DNA of 64,000 nt, from assembly GCF_009914755.1 (NCBI RefSeq), contig NC_060936.1. One strand, given 5' to 3'. The notes under the pieces were generated by a model. It saw nothing but the letters and a program-made list of their open reading frames with translations. It did no database searches and was not told the origin of the DNA. This DNA is from the human T2T-CHM13v2.0 reference genome, Homo sapiens. Within the stretch, counting starts at the first letter, position 1, and the number at the start of each line of letters is the position of its first letter. Of the stretch, positions 50,158 through 64,000 are shown in pieces. A program made the position numbers and the translations under genes.

Positions 50158-53100
50158 ATCTCTGCCAGGCTTTGGTGTCAGGATGATGCTGGCCTTATAA
50201 AATGAGTTAGGGAGGAGTTCCTCCTTTTCAATGGTTTGGAATAGTTTCTGTAGAAATAGTACCAGCTCTTCTTTGTACCACTAGTATAATTCCTCTATGA
50301 AGCTGTCTGGTCCTGGACTTTTTGTTATTGTTTTTGGTAGCCTATTTATTACTGCTTCAATTTCAGAAATCATTATTGATCTATTCAGACATTCAATATC
50401 TTCCTGGTTGTCTTGAGAGGATGTATGCATCCAGGAACTTATCGTTTTCTCCTAGATTTTCCAGTTTATGTACATAAAGGTGTTTATAGTATTCTCTGAT
50501 GGTTGTTTATATTTCTGTGGGGTCAGTGGTAAAATTCCCCTTTATCATTTCTGATTGTGTTCAGTTGAATGTTCTCTCTTTTCTTCGTTATTAGTCTAGC
50601 CAGCAGTCTATTTTATTAATTTTTACAAAAAAAAAACAGCTCCTTGATTCGTTTATATTTTGAAGAGTTTTTTGTGTCTCCTCTCCTACACTTTAGATCT
50701 CATCTTGGTTATTTCTTGTCTTCTGCTAGCTTTGGGGTCTGTTTGCTCTTGTTTCTCTAATTCTTTTAGTTATAACGTTAGGTTGTTAACCTAAGATCCT
50801 TCTAGCTTTTTGATGTGGGGATTTTAGTGCTATGAATTTCCCTCTTAACACTGCTTTAGCTGCATCCCAGAGATTCTAGTGCATTGTTTCTTTGTTCTCG
50901 TTAGTTTTAAGAACTTTTTAATTTATGTATTCATTTCATTATTTACCCAAGAGTCATTCAAAAATAGGTTGTTCAGTTTCCATGTAGTTGTGTGTTTTAG
51001 GGGAATCTCTTAATCTTGAGTTTTAATTTGATTGTGTTGTGGTATGAGTTTTTTTATCATTTCAGTTATTTTGCATTTGCTGAGGGGTGTTTTGCTTCTG
51101 ATTATGTGTTCAATTCTAGAGTAAGTGCCATGTGACAAGGAGAAGAATGTATAATCTGTTGTTTTGGGGTGGAGAGTTCTGTAGAGATCTATCAGGTCCA
51201 CTTGATCCAGAGCTGAGTTCAGGTCCTGAAAATATCTTTGTTAACTTTCTGTCTCAATCTGTCTAATATTGTCAGTGGGGTGTTAAAATCTCCCACTATT
51301 ATTGTGTGGGAGCCTAAGTCTAGGTCTCTAAGAACTTGCTTTATAAATCTGGGTGCTCCTATATTGGGTACATATATATTTAGGATAGTTAGTTCTCTTC
51401 TTGTTGAATTAAGCCCTTCACCATTATGTAATGCCATTCTTTATCTTTTTGATCTTTTTAGGTTTAAAGTCTGTTTTGTCAGAAACTAGGATTGCAACCC
51501 TGCTTTTTTCTCTTTTCCATTCGTTTGTTAAATTTTCTTCCATCCCTTTATTTTGAGCCTATGTTTGTCCTTGCACTTGCGACATATCTCTTGAAGACAG
51601 CATACCAATGGGTCTTGGCTGTTTATCCAGGTTGCCATTCTGTGTCATTTAATTGGGGCTGTTAGTCTGTTTACATTTAAGGTTAGTATTGTTATGTATA
51701 AATTTGCTACTGTAGTCATGATGCTAGCTGGTTATTTTGCAGACTTGTTTATGTGATTGCTTCATAGTGTCACTGGTCTGTGTACTTCAGTGTGTTTTTG
51801 TAGTGGCTGGTAACAATTTTTCTTTCCATATTTAGTGCTTCCTACAAGAGCTCTTACAAGGCAGGCCTGGTAGTGATGAATTCCTTAGCATTTGATTGTA
51901 TGAAAAGGATCTTATTTCTCCTTCACTTATGAAGCTTAGTTTGGCTGAATATGAAAGTCTCATGGGTGGGGGGTGGGAAATTATTTTCTTTAAGAATGTT
52001 GAATATTGGTCCCCAATCTTCTCTGACTTAGAACCTCTAAGTGTTTCCACTTAGAGGTCCACTGTTAGTCTGATGGGCTTCCCTTTGTAGGTGACCTGGC
52101 CTTTTTCTCTGGCTGCCCTTAACATTTTTTCTTTCTTTTCGACCTTTGGGAATCTGATGATTATGTATCTTGAGGTTGATCTTCTCATAGAGTATCTTTC
52201 TGGAGTTCTCTGGATTTCCTGAATTTGAATGTTGCCCTGTCTTGGTAGTTTGGGGAGGTTCTCCTGGATGATATACCAAAGTATGTTTTCCAACTTGGTT
52301 CCATTCTCCCTGTCCGTTTCAGGTACCCCAATCTGTTGTAAGTTTGGTCTTTTTACATAATCCCATATTTCTTGGAGGGATTCCTTTTCATTGTTTTTTA
52401 TCTTTTCTTGTCTGCCTGTCTCATTTCAGAATGATAGTCTTCAAACTCTGAGATTCCTTTCTCTGCTTGATCTATTCCCCTGTTGATACTGTGATTGCAT
52501 TATTAATTTCTCATGTTGTGTTTTTCAGCTCTATCAGGTTGGTTGTGTTCCTCTCTAAACTGACTATTCTGGCTATCAGCTCCTGTATTGTTTAATCGTG
52601 ATTCTTAGCTTCTTTCCTTTGAGGTACAACATGCTCCTTTAGCTCAGTGAAGTTCATTATTCCCCACCTTCTGAGGCCTAACTTCTGTCAATTCAGCCAT
52701 CTCAGTCTCAGCCCAGTTCTGTGCCCTTGCTGGAGAGGTGTTGCACTCATTTGGAGGAGACAAGGCACTCTGGCTTTTTGAGTTTTCAGCATTTTTGTGT
52801 TGATTTGTTCTCATCTTTGTGGGCTTATTTATCTTTGATCTTTGAGGTTGCTGACCTTTGAACGGTTCTTTTCTCTTTTGTTGATGTTATTTTCTGTTTT
52901 TCTTTTAACAGTCAGGTCACTCTTCTGTAGGGCTGCTGCAGTTATTTGGGGGTCCACTCCAGACCCTATCTGCCTTGGTTTTTTTCAAACCTAGAGATAT
53001 CACCAGTGAAACAGTAAAGATGGCAACCTGCTTCTTCCTCTGGAAGCTCTGTCCCACAGGATTACTGACCTATTGGCTGTACAAATGGTATAAGAGGTGG

Positions 53101-55060
53101 ATGGAGACCCTTGTTTGGAGGTCTCACCCTGTAATGAGGAACAGGATCAGGGACCCAGTTAAAGAAGCACTCTGGTTGTTTATTGGTAGAGCAGCTGTGC
53201 TGCTTTGTGGGGGACCCTTTCTTTTCTGGACCATTTGGAATCTCCAAAGCTAGCAGGCTGGGATGGCTGATTCGACCAAACCTCAGAGATAGCAGCTGCC
53301 CCTTCTTCACTGGGAGCTCCATCCCAGGGAAAGATAAGAACACTGTCCATATAACCCTAGGTGGAGTGGCTGAAGCCTATGCAGGGAGGTCCCACCCAGT
53401 GAGAAGGAATGGATGGGGGTCAAACTTAAAAAATCAGTTTGACCACTATCTGGCAAAGCAGCTGTGCTGCATTGTGCGGAACCCTTCCTCGTTTGGGCAA
53501 TTTGGATTATCCAAAGCTGGGAGGCAGGAATGGCTGAGTCAACCGAACTGTAGAGATGGCAGTTGCCCCTACCCCCAGGAACTCAATCCTGCCTCAGGCA
53601 GACTCCAGCCTGTTGCTGTTGGCTGGCTGGAATTCCAAGTCAGTAGGTCATAACTTGTGAGCTGCTGTGGAAGTGGGGCCTACAGAATGATGCTGCTTGA
53701 CTCCCTGGATTCAGCCCCCTTCCTAGGAATATGTATGGACAGATCTCCTGCCTTAAAGGGGATCCTGGGGCCACAATATGTAAATCTCCTGGGTCTCTGT
53801 GTGTGACTGAGTGGCTGCTCTGCCAAGACTCCACACAGCTCTGTGGATTGGACCCAAGGCCCTAGTGGCATGGGCTCACAAGGGGATCTCCTGATCTGTA
53901 GATTGCAAAGATTCATGGGAGAAGTGTGGTTTCCCAAGTGTGGTTGAACAGTCATTCACTGCTTCCCTTGGCTGGGTGTGAGGGTTCCTTCAGCTCCATG
54001 CTTCTGGGTGGATCGTCACCCCACCTTGCTTTTCTTCATTTTTCATGGGTCAAGTTGTTTGTCTAATCAGTCCCAGTGGGATATTTCAGTTGAAGGTGCT
54101 GAATTCACTCACATGTTTTCATTCCTCTCTGTCCACACTGCAGACCACAGCTGCTTCGAATTGGTCATTTGGCCCTGAACCCCTGCCTTCAGTAGTGAAT
54201 GTATGTTTATTTTTCTTTATTCCACTTTTTAAACCTCTATTGATTTTTAATTTATAAACTTCATTAAGTTTTCTTACTCTTAAAATTTTATCCTACAAAA
54301 TTATCTTTGAAAAAATAAAGTAAAACAACATATTTATCCTCTTTTTTCTAATGATAAGAGGATTTCAAACATCTTCATTTATGTTTCCTAACTCACATAA
54401 TTTTATTTACCTATTGCATGCAATATTTCTATTCTAGCCTCTTAAAATTTATACACATTAAACATAATCATATAATTAGATACTTAAAATATTTATTTTG
54501 ATTAATCTAATATTTGTCATTTAATTTGTTCAATTTTCATCTTACTCCTTAGACAGTATTTCTGAGATCATTTTCCTCCTTGAATATCATTCTTTAGAAC
54601 TTTCTAGGTGGTAAACTATACATATCTTTATTTGAAATAGTATGTTTAAAAATAGTTTTCATATATAAATGTTAACAGTTATTTACTCTAAGTGCTTCAA
54701 AGATGTTACACAATTATCTTCTGGCATGTATTGGTTTTAGTAGAGAAATTTACTGTCATTCTAAATGATTTTTTTGTAAGCAATTTTTTCCTGGATTAAT
54801 ACATTCATATTTTTACCAATTTGTGAAAAATAGTTCTCTCTTCAGATATTTCTCTTCTGCATTATTTCATTTATTTCTTTATAGGTCTTCATTTAGAGCT
54901 ATATTAAAAATACTTGGTCTTCCTATGTCTTAATCCTTTTTTGTTTTTGTCTCCTTATCTCCTTTAGCAGAGCGCTGCATAACATTTCCGCTTAAATATC
55001 TTGTAAGTCATTTTCTTTCTAACTGTACTTAATCTGCTCTTAATTTATAGAGTTGTTTTA

Positions 55061-55560
55061 AATCATATTATTAGTGAACAGAGATAATTTGACTTCCTCT
55101 TTTCCAATTTGTTTGTCTTTTAGTTCTTTCTCTTGCCTGATAGCACTGGCTAGGTCTTCCAGTATTGTATTGAATAGACGTCGTGAAAGTGGGCATCATT
55201 GTCTTGTTTCAGTTATTAGAAGGATTGCCTTCAACTTTTCCCCATTTAGTAAGATGTTGGCTATGGATTTGTAGTACATGGTTGATTAACATAAATGCAA
55301 AAATTGTCACCAAAATACTATCAAACCAAATACAACAGCACATCAAAAAGAAAATATGCCATGATCAAATGGATTTTATTTCAGGGATGTGAGGATGGTT
55401 CAACATATGCAATAAATATGATTCATCACATACACATAATTAAGGAAAAAACACATGATGTTCTTAATAGATGCAGAAAAGGCATTTGATAAAATTTAGT
55501 ATCACTTCATAAAAAAAAAACCTCAAAAAATTAGGCAGAGAAGGAACATAATTCCAAATA
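55061..55560. mobile_element. L1 ORF2 fragment with internal inversion (minus ~55061-55283, plus ~55284-55560)
   Basis: Antisense gataatttgacttcctcttttcc...gatgttggctatgg joined to sense aacataaatgcaaaaatt...aatagatgcagaaaaggcatttgataaaatt. Confidence 0.85.
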
Positions 55561-56541
55561 TTCAATCTCTTTTAAATCACAAAGTATAGTAGCAAGAGCA
55601 CTGCTTTTAATTAGAAACCCTAACAACAATAAAAGAGTTAAGAGTGAGCTTCATTTCTGCATCTCAATGGTTACATCGTGTTAGCAGATTATTTTCTCTC
55701 CTCAGTTTCAGTTTTAAAGTTGTGATGATTCATACTGGTGAAACTGTTCACATATAGGTGAAACTGTTCCACAAAGTATAAAGTGCCACATAAATGGAAG
55801 ATTAATTTTTTATCCCACAAAAAAGTTTTGAGAACCTACTGTGTGCAGGCATATTTCTGAAGACTATGGATTGATCTTGTGGGGAGGAAAAGCATGTGCT
55901 TTACTTGGGTGGAATTTTCTTTGGATTGTGACAGTATGAATAATATATACACACACACATACTGTGCACAAAACAGTGTCAGATTCTAATGAATACTACA
56001 ACAAACAAAGAAACAAAACTAAAGCAAGGTAAAGGGTAGAGATCAACATGGGGTGCTTTTTAACATGAAGTGATTAGCAAATAACTCTAATTATTTTGAA
56101 AAGAGACCATAATTAAGGAGGAAATGAACTATATCACTAGCTGGGGAACAGGCAGAGACAAATGCATAAAAGCCTGGAACAATGATATTTATTTGGAATT
56201 TTCAAGAAACAGGGAGATCAGTGTGTTTGGAGAGGAGTGGGCAAGAAGTGTAATAAGGGAACATTACCTTGGAGGTTATGATAAAGGCTTTTAAGTTTGA
56301 TGAGAAGACATTTCAGGTATTTAAGATGAGACAGGGCATGAGCTGATTTGTATTTTTCAAGCCTCACCCTGACTTTTGTTTGAAAATTAACTGCAAGATT
56401 CCATGCTTGAATATTTTCTGAAATAAATTTGGAGGTACTATATTAATACAGAATAGAGGTAATAGTAGATTGGACCAGTAGTGGTAAGTAGTAAGATTTG
56501 TGATATATTTTTAAGATACAGCCCAAAAATTTGTTGGTGAA

Positions 56542-56919
56542 TACTATGGTTTGACTGTGTCTCCCAAAGTTCTTGTGTTGAAAATTTGATCTCAAATATG
56601 AATGTGTTAAGAAGTGGGGCCCAGTAGGAAGTGTGTGGGTCATGACGTCATCACCCTCTTGAAGGAATTAATGCTGTTGTTTCAGGAGTGGTTTCCTTAT
56701 AAAAGAATGAGTTTGGTCTCCTTTTGTTTCTCTCTCCCTCTCTTTCCCCATCTACTATGGGATGATACAAAACAAACAAGCAAAAATGTCCTTGAAAAAT
56801 TCCAGCCCCTCAATCTTGGAAGTCCCAGCCCCCAGAACTGTGAGCCAGTAAAGGTCTGCTTATTATAATTACCTAGTCTCTGGTGTTCTGTTAGAGCAGC
56901 ACAAAATTGGGCTGAGACA
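56542..56919 (+). mobile_element. MaLR solo LTR (MST-like) within an L2 remnant
   Basis: ctatggtttga...cccagcccccagaactgtgagccagtaaa...gcagcacaaaattgggctgagaca. Confidence 0.8.
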
Positions 56920-57415
56920 ATAGATTAAATATGAGTAAATCAATTCATATGAATTAATATGTCTCTATTCAGTATCCCAAGTTATGAGGGTAGACAATAC
57001 TCTCTGAAAAAAAGATAGAATACTGACCGCTAACATCATAGTTAATGGTTAAAAGCTGAAAGCTTTTATTCTAAGATAACAGACAAGATAAGCATGCCCA
57101 TTCTCACCAGTTCTGTTCAGTGTAGTACTGGAAGACCTAGCCAGAGCAATTAGACAAGAAAAAGAGATAAAAGGCATCCAAATTGGGGAAAAGGAAGTAA
57201 CATTGACTCTGTTTATAGATGATGTTTTATACAGAAAACCCTAAACATTCCACTAAAATAAGTGTTAGAATTAATAAACAAATTCAATAAAGTTGCAGGA
57301 TAAAAAATCAACACACAAAAATTAGTAGCACTTCTATACACTAACAATGAATGATCCAAAAAAGGTATCAAGAAAACAATATCATCTATAATAGCTTCAA
57401 AAATACTTATCAATT

Positions 57416-57744
<329 letters not shown>

Positions 57745-57883
57745 TTAATTTAACCAAAGAAGAGAAAGATCTGTACATTGAAAACTGTAAAACATTAGTG
57801 AACAAAATTAAGACACAAATATATTGACAGATAACCTGTGTTCATAGGGAAAAATGTAGTGTTGTTAAAATGTCTGTACCACC

Positions 57884-58370
57884 TGTTTTAGTCCTGTTCT
57901 GTGCTGCTATAACAAAATACTTGAAACTGTGTAATTATAACAATTTATATATATTTATTTATGTATTTTATATATTTATAAATTTTATTTATAACAAATT
58001 ATTTATTACCAAAAATGAATAACTTTATAAAAATGTAATTATAAATTAAAATAAGTATGTCGATTTTATTTCTTACAGTCCTGAAGACTGGAAAGTACAA
58101 AGTCAAGGCGCTCACATCTGGCGAGGGCCTTCTTGCTGTGTCATCTCATGTTGGAAGGGTAGGAGAACACATGCACATGTGCAAAATAAGCCAAATTCAT
58201 TTTTATAACAAAACTATTTCTTCCAATAATGAAATTAATTCATTTATTTGGGCAGAGCCCTCATGACCATGACCAAATCACCTCTTATTAGGTCCCATCT
58301 CCCAACATTATTGGATTTGGGGTTAAGTTTTCAACATATGAAATTTGGGGGACACACTTAAGCCATAGTA
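57884..58370 (-). mobile_element. MaLR solo LTR (MST-like) containing an AT-rich expansion
   Basis: tgttttagtcc...gctgctataacaaaatac...ggcgagggccttcttgctg...ggcagagccctcatgacc...gccatagta. Confidence 0.8.
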
Positions 58371-59550
58371 CTATCCAAAAAAAATTCAACACAATACATA
58401 TGAAAATTACAATAACATTTTTTACAGAAATAGGAAATAATTTCTAAAATTTGCATAGAACTAATCAAGATCCCAAATATCCAAGGCAATGTTGAGCAAA
58501 AAGTTAGAGGTCTCACACTATTTGACTTTAAATCTACAGCAACCAAAAGAAAATGGTATTGGCATAAAAATATACACATAGGGCAAGGAAGCTGAATAGA
58601 GAGCCCCAAAGTAAATCCATGATATTATGGTCAGTTAAGTTTCAACAAAGTTGCCATGAACACAAAATGGGGAAAGAAGACTCTTCTTAATAGTGTTGAG
58701 AAAACTGAATATTCACATATAGAAGAATGAGATTGGATCCTTAGTTCATACCATACAAAAAATCAACTCAGAATGGATTGAAGATTTAAACATAAGACCT
58801 GAAATTATAAATCTACTGGAAGCACACACAGGATTGAAAAGCTCCTTGACATTAGTCTCAGCGAATATTTTTAGGATATGAACTTAAAAGCACTGGCAAT
58901 AAAAGCAAAAACAGGCAATAGATATTACATCAAATTAAAAACCTTCAGCCCAGCAAAGGTAACAATCAATAGTGTGAAGAGACAACCTATGAAATGGGAG
59001 AAAAGATGTCCAAGCCATACATCTTATAAGGAGTTATCCAAAATATAACGTACAATCCAATAGCAAGGAAACACATAACCCAATTAAAACATGGGCAAAG
59101 AATCTGAATAGACATTTCCAAAACAAAGACATACAAATGACCAGCAGGTATATTAAAAAATGGTTAACATCACTAATCATCAGAGGATTGCAAAGTAAAA
59201 CCACAATGAGATATTGCCTCGTGTCTGTTACAATGGCTATTATCGAAAAGTTGAAAGATAAGTGTTTGCAAAGATGTGGAGAAAAGGGAACCCTTACACA
59301 CTGTTGGTGAGAATGTAAGTTACCACGGCCATGACAGAGAACAGTAAGAGGCTTCCCAAAAAATTAAAAGTAGAACTAACCTATGATCCAGCAATGGCAC
59401 TTCTGGGTATATACCAAAGTAATTGAAATTAGTATTTCACAGAGTTATCTGCACTCCCCTGTTCATTGCAGCATTATTCAAAATAGCCAAGATATGGAAT
59501 CAATGTAAGGGTTCCTTCATGTATAAATGGATACAAATGTGGTGTATATA

Positions 59551-59908
59551 CAGATGGTCCTCAACTTAGAATAGTTCGGTTTATGATTTTTTGACTTTAT
59601 GATGGTGCAAAAGTGATAACACATTCAGTAGAAACCATATTTCGAGTATACAATCACACAATTGTAACCTTCAGTACATTATTCAATAAATTACATGAGA
59701 TATTCAATACTTTGTTATAAAATAGGCTTTATGTTAGAAGATTTTTGTCTAACTGTAGCTAATGTGAGTGCTTTGAGCATATTTAAGATAAGTTGTGCTA
59801 GATATGATGTTCCATAGGTTAGGTGTATTCAATGTGTTTTTGACATATATTTTCAACTCATGACAGGTTAACTGGGACATAACACCATCATAAGTCAAGG
59901 AGCATCTG
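59551..59908 (-). mobile_element. Tigger4b (Zombi)-like MITE
   Basis: Terminal inverted repeats cagatggtcctcaactta / taagtcaaggagcatctg, TA target on the left, ~358 bp. Confidence 0.85.
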
Positions 59909-62900
59909 CATATACAGTAGATTACCATTTAACCATAAAAAAAGGAAGTCCTATTTTTGGAATAACAGACAAAAGTGGAGAACATTCTGCTAAGTGAAAT
60001 AAACCAAGCACAAAAAGAAATGTACTGCATGATGTCACTTATATGTGGAATCTAAAACAAGTCAAACTCATAGAAGCAGAAAGAGTAGAATGGTGGCTAC
60101 CAGGAGCTGAGGGTGAGGGCTGGGTAGATGGGAAAATGTTGGTTAAAGGGTACAAAGTTTCAATTAGACAGGATAAATAAGCATGGGAGATTTATGGTGT
60201 ATGGTAACTGCAGTTAATAATAGTGTATTGTACATTTGAAAGTTGCTAATAAAAGCAGATCTTAAATGTTCTCACAATAGAAAACTATAGGAATGTGAGG
60301 TAATGTGCTTGTTAATTAGCTTTAACCATTTCACAGTGGATACACATATCAAAGCATCATGTTGTCCACTGTAAAGATATACAATTTTTATTTGTCAAGT
60401 ACACTTTAATGAAAAAATATATTTAATAGATAGATGTTTGTAGATAATTCCATGGATTAAAGTAAATTGCAATGTTTTGTGTAATGTTAACGGGAGTAAA
60501 GCAGAAGCAATTGTGCTGGAGCTCACCAGGAGAGGCCCGCCTCATGACTGACCTTTGTAACTTGTTCCTTCCAACCACAGCTTCATTCCATTAATGCTAC
60601 TCAGCAACCACGTCTGGAAAACTTACTTCCAGGCCCTGTGTTTTGTCAGGGCTAAGATGAGGAAATTTACAAACACACATGTAAACACATCTAAGCCCCC
60701 CTTAATGCCACGGGGGGTTACTAAGTTATAATATACACTCTGAGAACAGAGATCTGGTCTCAAATGAGAGTTACAACACTTCAAATCATGTCTGATCCTA
60801 CACCCAGGTTTTTTTCCATGCCTAAGTAGAAATGTACCTTATAACTATTATTTGAGCTAAAATAATCCTTAAAGAACATTCCTTGAATTATCTAATGTAT
60901 TGTAACATTTAAATTAATGTCCAAATATATGTTATAATGACAGTTAGGTCTGCTCCCCACAAGTCTTTCCTTATCACCCAAAAAAATCACCACTCCCTCC
61001 ATTTCTTCATAGTCCTTCAGGTCATTTATTTCTTCATAGCGCTTATCACTACTGTCATCATGTCATAGACTGTGTGTTTATCTGCTGATTGAATCCCCTA
61101 TAAATGTCAACTTTGTTAGGATAAAGATTTGCCAGTCTTGTTCACTACAGTGTCTCCAGCACCTAAGCCATTTCTGGAGTATAGTAGAAGCTTTATTTTT
61201 TAAAAAGTTAAATGAATTAATGGAAAAGGTACAGATGGATGAACAATGAATGAAGGGAGTTGTTAAAAAAACTTTGATAAATGATTTTTATTTTTTAACA
61301 GATGTTTGTTTTATAATAAAGGATATTAATTCTACTTGAGAAAGTTCAGAGGAGGTATTCTGCTGAAGGGTTAGAGTAGCTTAAGACGAGTCTTAAAAGA
61401 TGTTTATGTGTTTCCAAGTGAAAGGGGCATGAGGGGATTCCAGGAAGAAAGGCGTTTTCATAGACACCAGAGCAAATGCAGCTGCAAATTAGTAAGTATG
61501 GTTGAAACAGTTCAAGCAACTTAATGTAGTGCATGATGAAGTCTGACAAAACCTGGTAAGAGATAAGTCTAGAGAAGTAACTAAGGACTAAATTGCAAAG
61601 GACCTTTGAAAACTGCAAAGGACCTTTGGTGTCCTGGAATGCCTTTTGTGCTGCTCTGAGGAGCCTGGATCACATCCTGAAAGCAATGGTACATCACTGA
61701 ACAGTTTTAAACAGATAAATAATATGGGACCAGGTTTATATGTCAGAAAACTTGCTCTAATAACGCACTTGATGATTAAGTTAGGCAAAACATGAGGATT
61801 TTCAGAAATCTAAGTGAAAATTCAGGAAGTCTTGAAATAAAGACTTGGCAGTGAGGCTAGAGAGGGGCTTATTTGAAATACAATCCATAGGGTAAAGTTC
61901 CTACTAAGGCTCTTGAATATTTTTAGAACATACATTTTAAAAAATAGAACATCAGGTGCATTGTAAGGGGACAAGACACAAATATAGATGGTACTCTTTG
62001 GGCCAATCCAAATTTTAAAGCTACTAGAAGAAGTGACATTTTAGGGCTATCAAAGTGAGATTAGGATGAATGCGTGAGACCTCACTTATTTATGTTGCTG
62101 ACATTTCTATTTTTTTTTTTCATGTGTTGTATTGCAATTTGTTATATCTTATCTGGAAACAAAATCTATTGAATATGTGTGTAAAAACAATATAATTTGC
62201 TAGACATTTTTAATGTGTTTTGATTCATTTCATATATTTCAAAAAAACAAGACTTTTTTTTATAACATTGCCATTTTTATATATATTTTTACTTCTGGTA
62301 GTAAAATTACTTTGCAGTTCCCTTTAAATAAAATGAGAACTTCCTTTTACTTGTGAGTGAATGTTAAGTATTTATGATGGTTGCAAAATCCAACCAAAGA
62401 AAAGTCTAAGGCTATCATTATGATAAAATTACAACTATAGAAAAACCGGAACCCAAACTTAAAAGATCACAAGGAAAAAAAAACTCTTAGTCTTTTTGAA
62501 AACCAACCTTTTAAACTCTTCAGGATTTCTAAAAACATAGCTATTACCGGTTGGAGAACTTTTAACTGAGAAATCAACATTCCTCTTGCTCATTTAGTGG
62601 TCTATTATTCATCTGTATTTTTTGTACTTATTAGGGCATGATAATTCCTCACAAACCTCAAAGCCTGAGTACATTATAGCTCTCCTTCACCATAAAGGCA
62701 CCAGTTAACCCTAATTTTTGTCTTGAGAACAAAAAGGAACTTTCCTTATTTTTCCATTTTCTCCCCACAGTAAGGGATTACAGTTAAGGTTCTAATGCAT
62801 CAGTCTTGGGAAAGAAAGAATTTATATGCATTATTGCTTTAATCCACTCATGGAGGACTTTATCCGCTTTATCCAAAAGGAGATAAAATCAAGATCACTA

Positions 62901-63224
62901 TTGTTAGTGAGACAGTTGAGAGAATCTCTTGCCTTAAATTCAACCTGCTGTTGACATTCCCCATGGGTACCTTCTTAAAAATTTCATCAAAGTGAACCCT
63001 TAGCCATTTCTCTTGATAGAATACCAGTTGGACAACTCTGAAGGGAAAAGGAACTTAGGTGGGTAAGAAGTGTTATAAAGCCACTCTCAAGCAAGTTTCA
63101 TGGCAGAAGTGTCTCATGCTATCTTAATGAAAGATGTATCTGCATTCCTTGCTTATGGATGAAGAAGTAGAGGGCTAGAGAGCTTAAATTAGTTAGAATA
63201 TAGAAAAAAAAATATTTATTCTCG

Positions 63225-63269
63225 TAGATAGATAGATACATAGATAGATAGATAGATGATAGATAGATA
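63225..63269. repeat. (GATA)n tetranucleotide STR
   Basis: tagatagatagatacatagatagatagatagatgatagatagata. Confidence 0.95.
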
Positions 63270-64000
63270 TGCTGTGAAAAGCAGGCTACTTTCTATTCTG
63301 CCTCCCTAGAAAAGAGTACTTTTCTGCTTTTTAATTATTTGTGATTTCAGTAACTTAATCATAGTATCACACTAAGTCGGTGTTTTGAAAAATATGCAAC
63401 ACTGAGCACCGGTATAAGAATCACCCGTGGATGCGCTTTAAAAATGCAAAATCCTATGTTGCACAATTCATTACGTCTGTATATCTGGGGCATGTCTGGT
63501 AACCTGGATGTAGAAATACACCCTTACAGGCTGGTTATACACTTACCATTTTGAAAAACACTACCCTAAATAGGGTGAGGATGGAGAGATGAGGAGAAAG
63601 CTGATAAAAGTTTCACCAGATTTTCTTCCCTCAGCACCTCACTAGGGCTGCCCAGTGAGTGAAGGAGTAAGTGGGAATCTTCTCTTCTCCAGCTTTGCCC
63701 TGAAAAGATGAAGTCTTCCCTCTAAAAAGAGGAGTTGTTCCTAAACAGGGTATATTCCTTTCCCAGATGCTTCTACAACAAAGTGTCACTAAGTGCTTAA
63801 CTTTGTCTTTGTCAACCAACATTAACTACAAAGGGAACTGCTGTTTTAAAAGTCATAGTTTTGCTTCTTAGGCATGAGAATAACATAGGACTTTGGATAG
63901 AGAGAAATCAAAGGCTTTTAAAGATGCAGACAGACTGTCTGCTGAGAAGATGTTTCCTCTAAGTAGTATAGAGACAAAGCTCATTTAATTCCATCACATT

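Noticed and set aside
51010-53955. L1 ORF1/ORF2 and 5'UTR ORFs (including 156 aa at 53183) as active or domesticated genes
   Set aside because: Fragmented by stops, frameshifts and nested insertions; the element is inactive.
62000-64000. Lumican (LUM) exon at the right edge
   Set aside because: No LRR-coding or recognisable LUM exon is visible; its proximity is inferred from recalled gene order only.

Overview
AT-rich, repeat-rich primate genomic DNA; the single gene translates to human keratocan as I recall it, so this is most likely the human SLRP cluster (EPYC-KERA-LUM-DCN). The only protein-coding gene I can support is KERA on the minus strand: non-coding exon 1 (~19530-19254), exon 2 (17802-16909, ATG at 17794) and exon 3 (from 13031, TAA at 12861-12859, 3'UTR to ~11990). 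The spliced CDS is 886+173=1059 nt, 352 aa. The rest is intergenic, with Alus, a full-length old L1PA with nested Alu and THE1, an L1M 3' half, MaLR/ERV LTRs, MIR/L2, DNA-transposon MITEs and microsatellites. I found no previously undescribed biological system and do not claim one. Best leads: a possible 165-nt intron with a uORF inside KERA exon 1; three C/EBP-consensus sites spaced exactly 26 bp apart in intron 1; a decayed ERV-L gag-pro-pol fossil ~6-11 kb upstream of KERA that the ORF track does not show; two motif-dense candidate enhancers; and several retrotransposition or repair scars. Repeat subfamily names come from remembered consensus sequences, and repeat boundaries are approximate.
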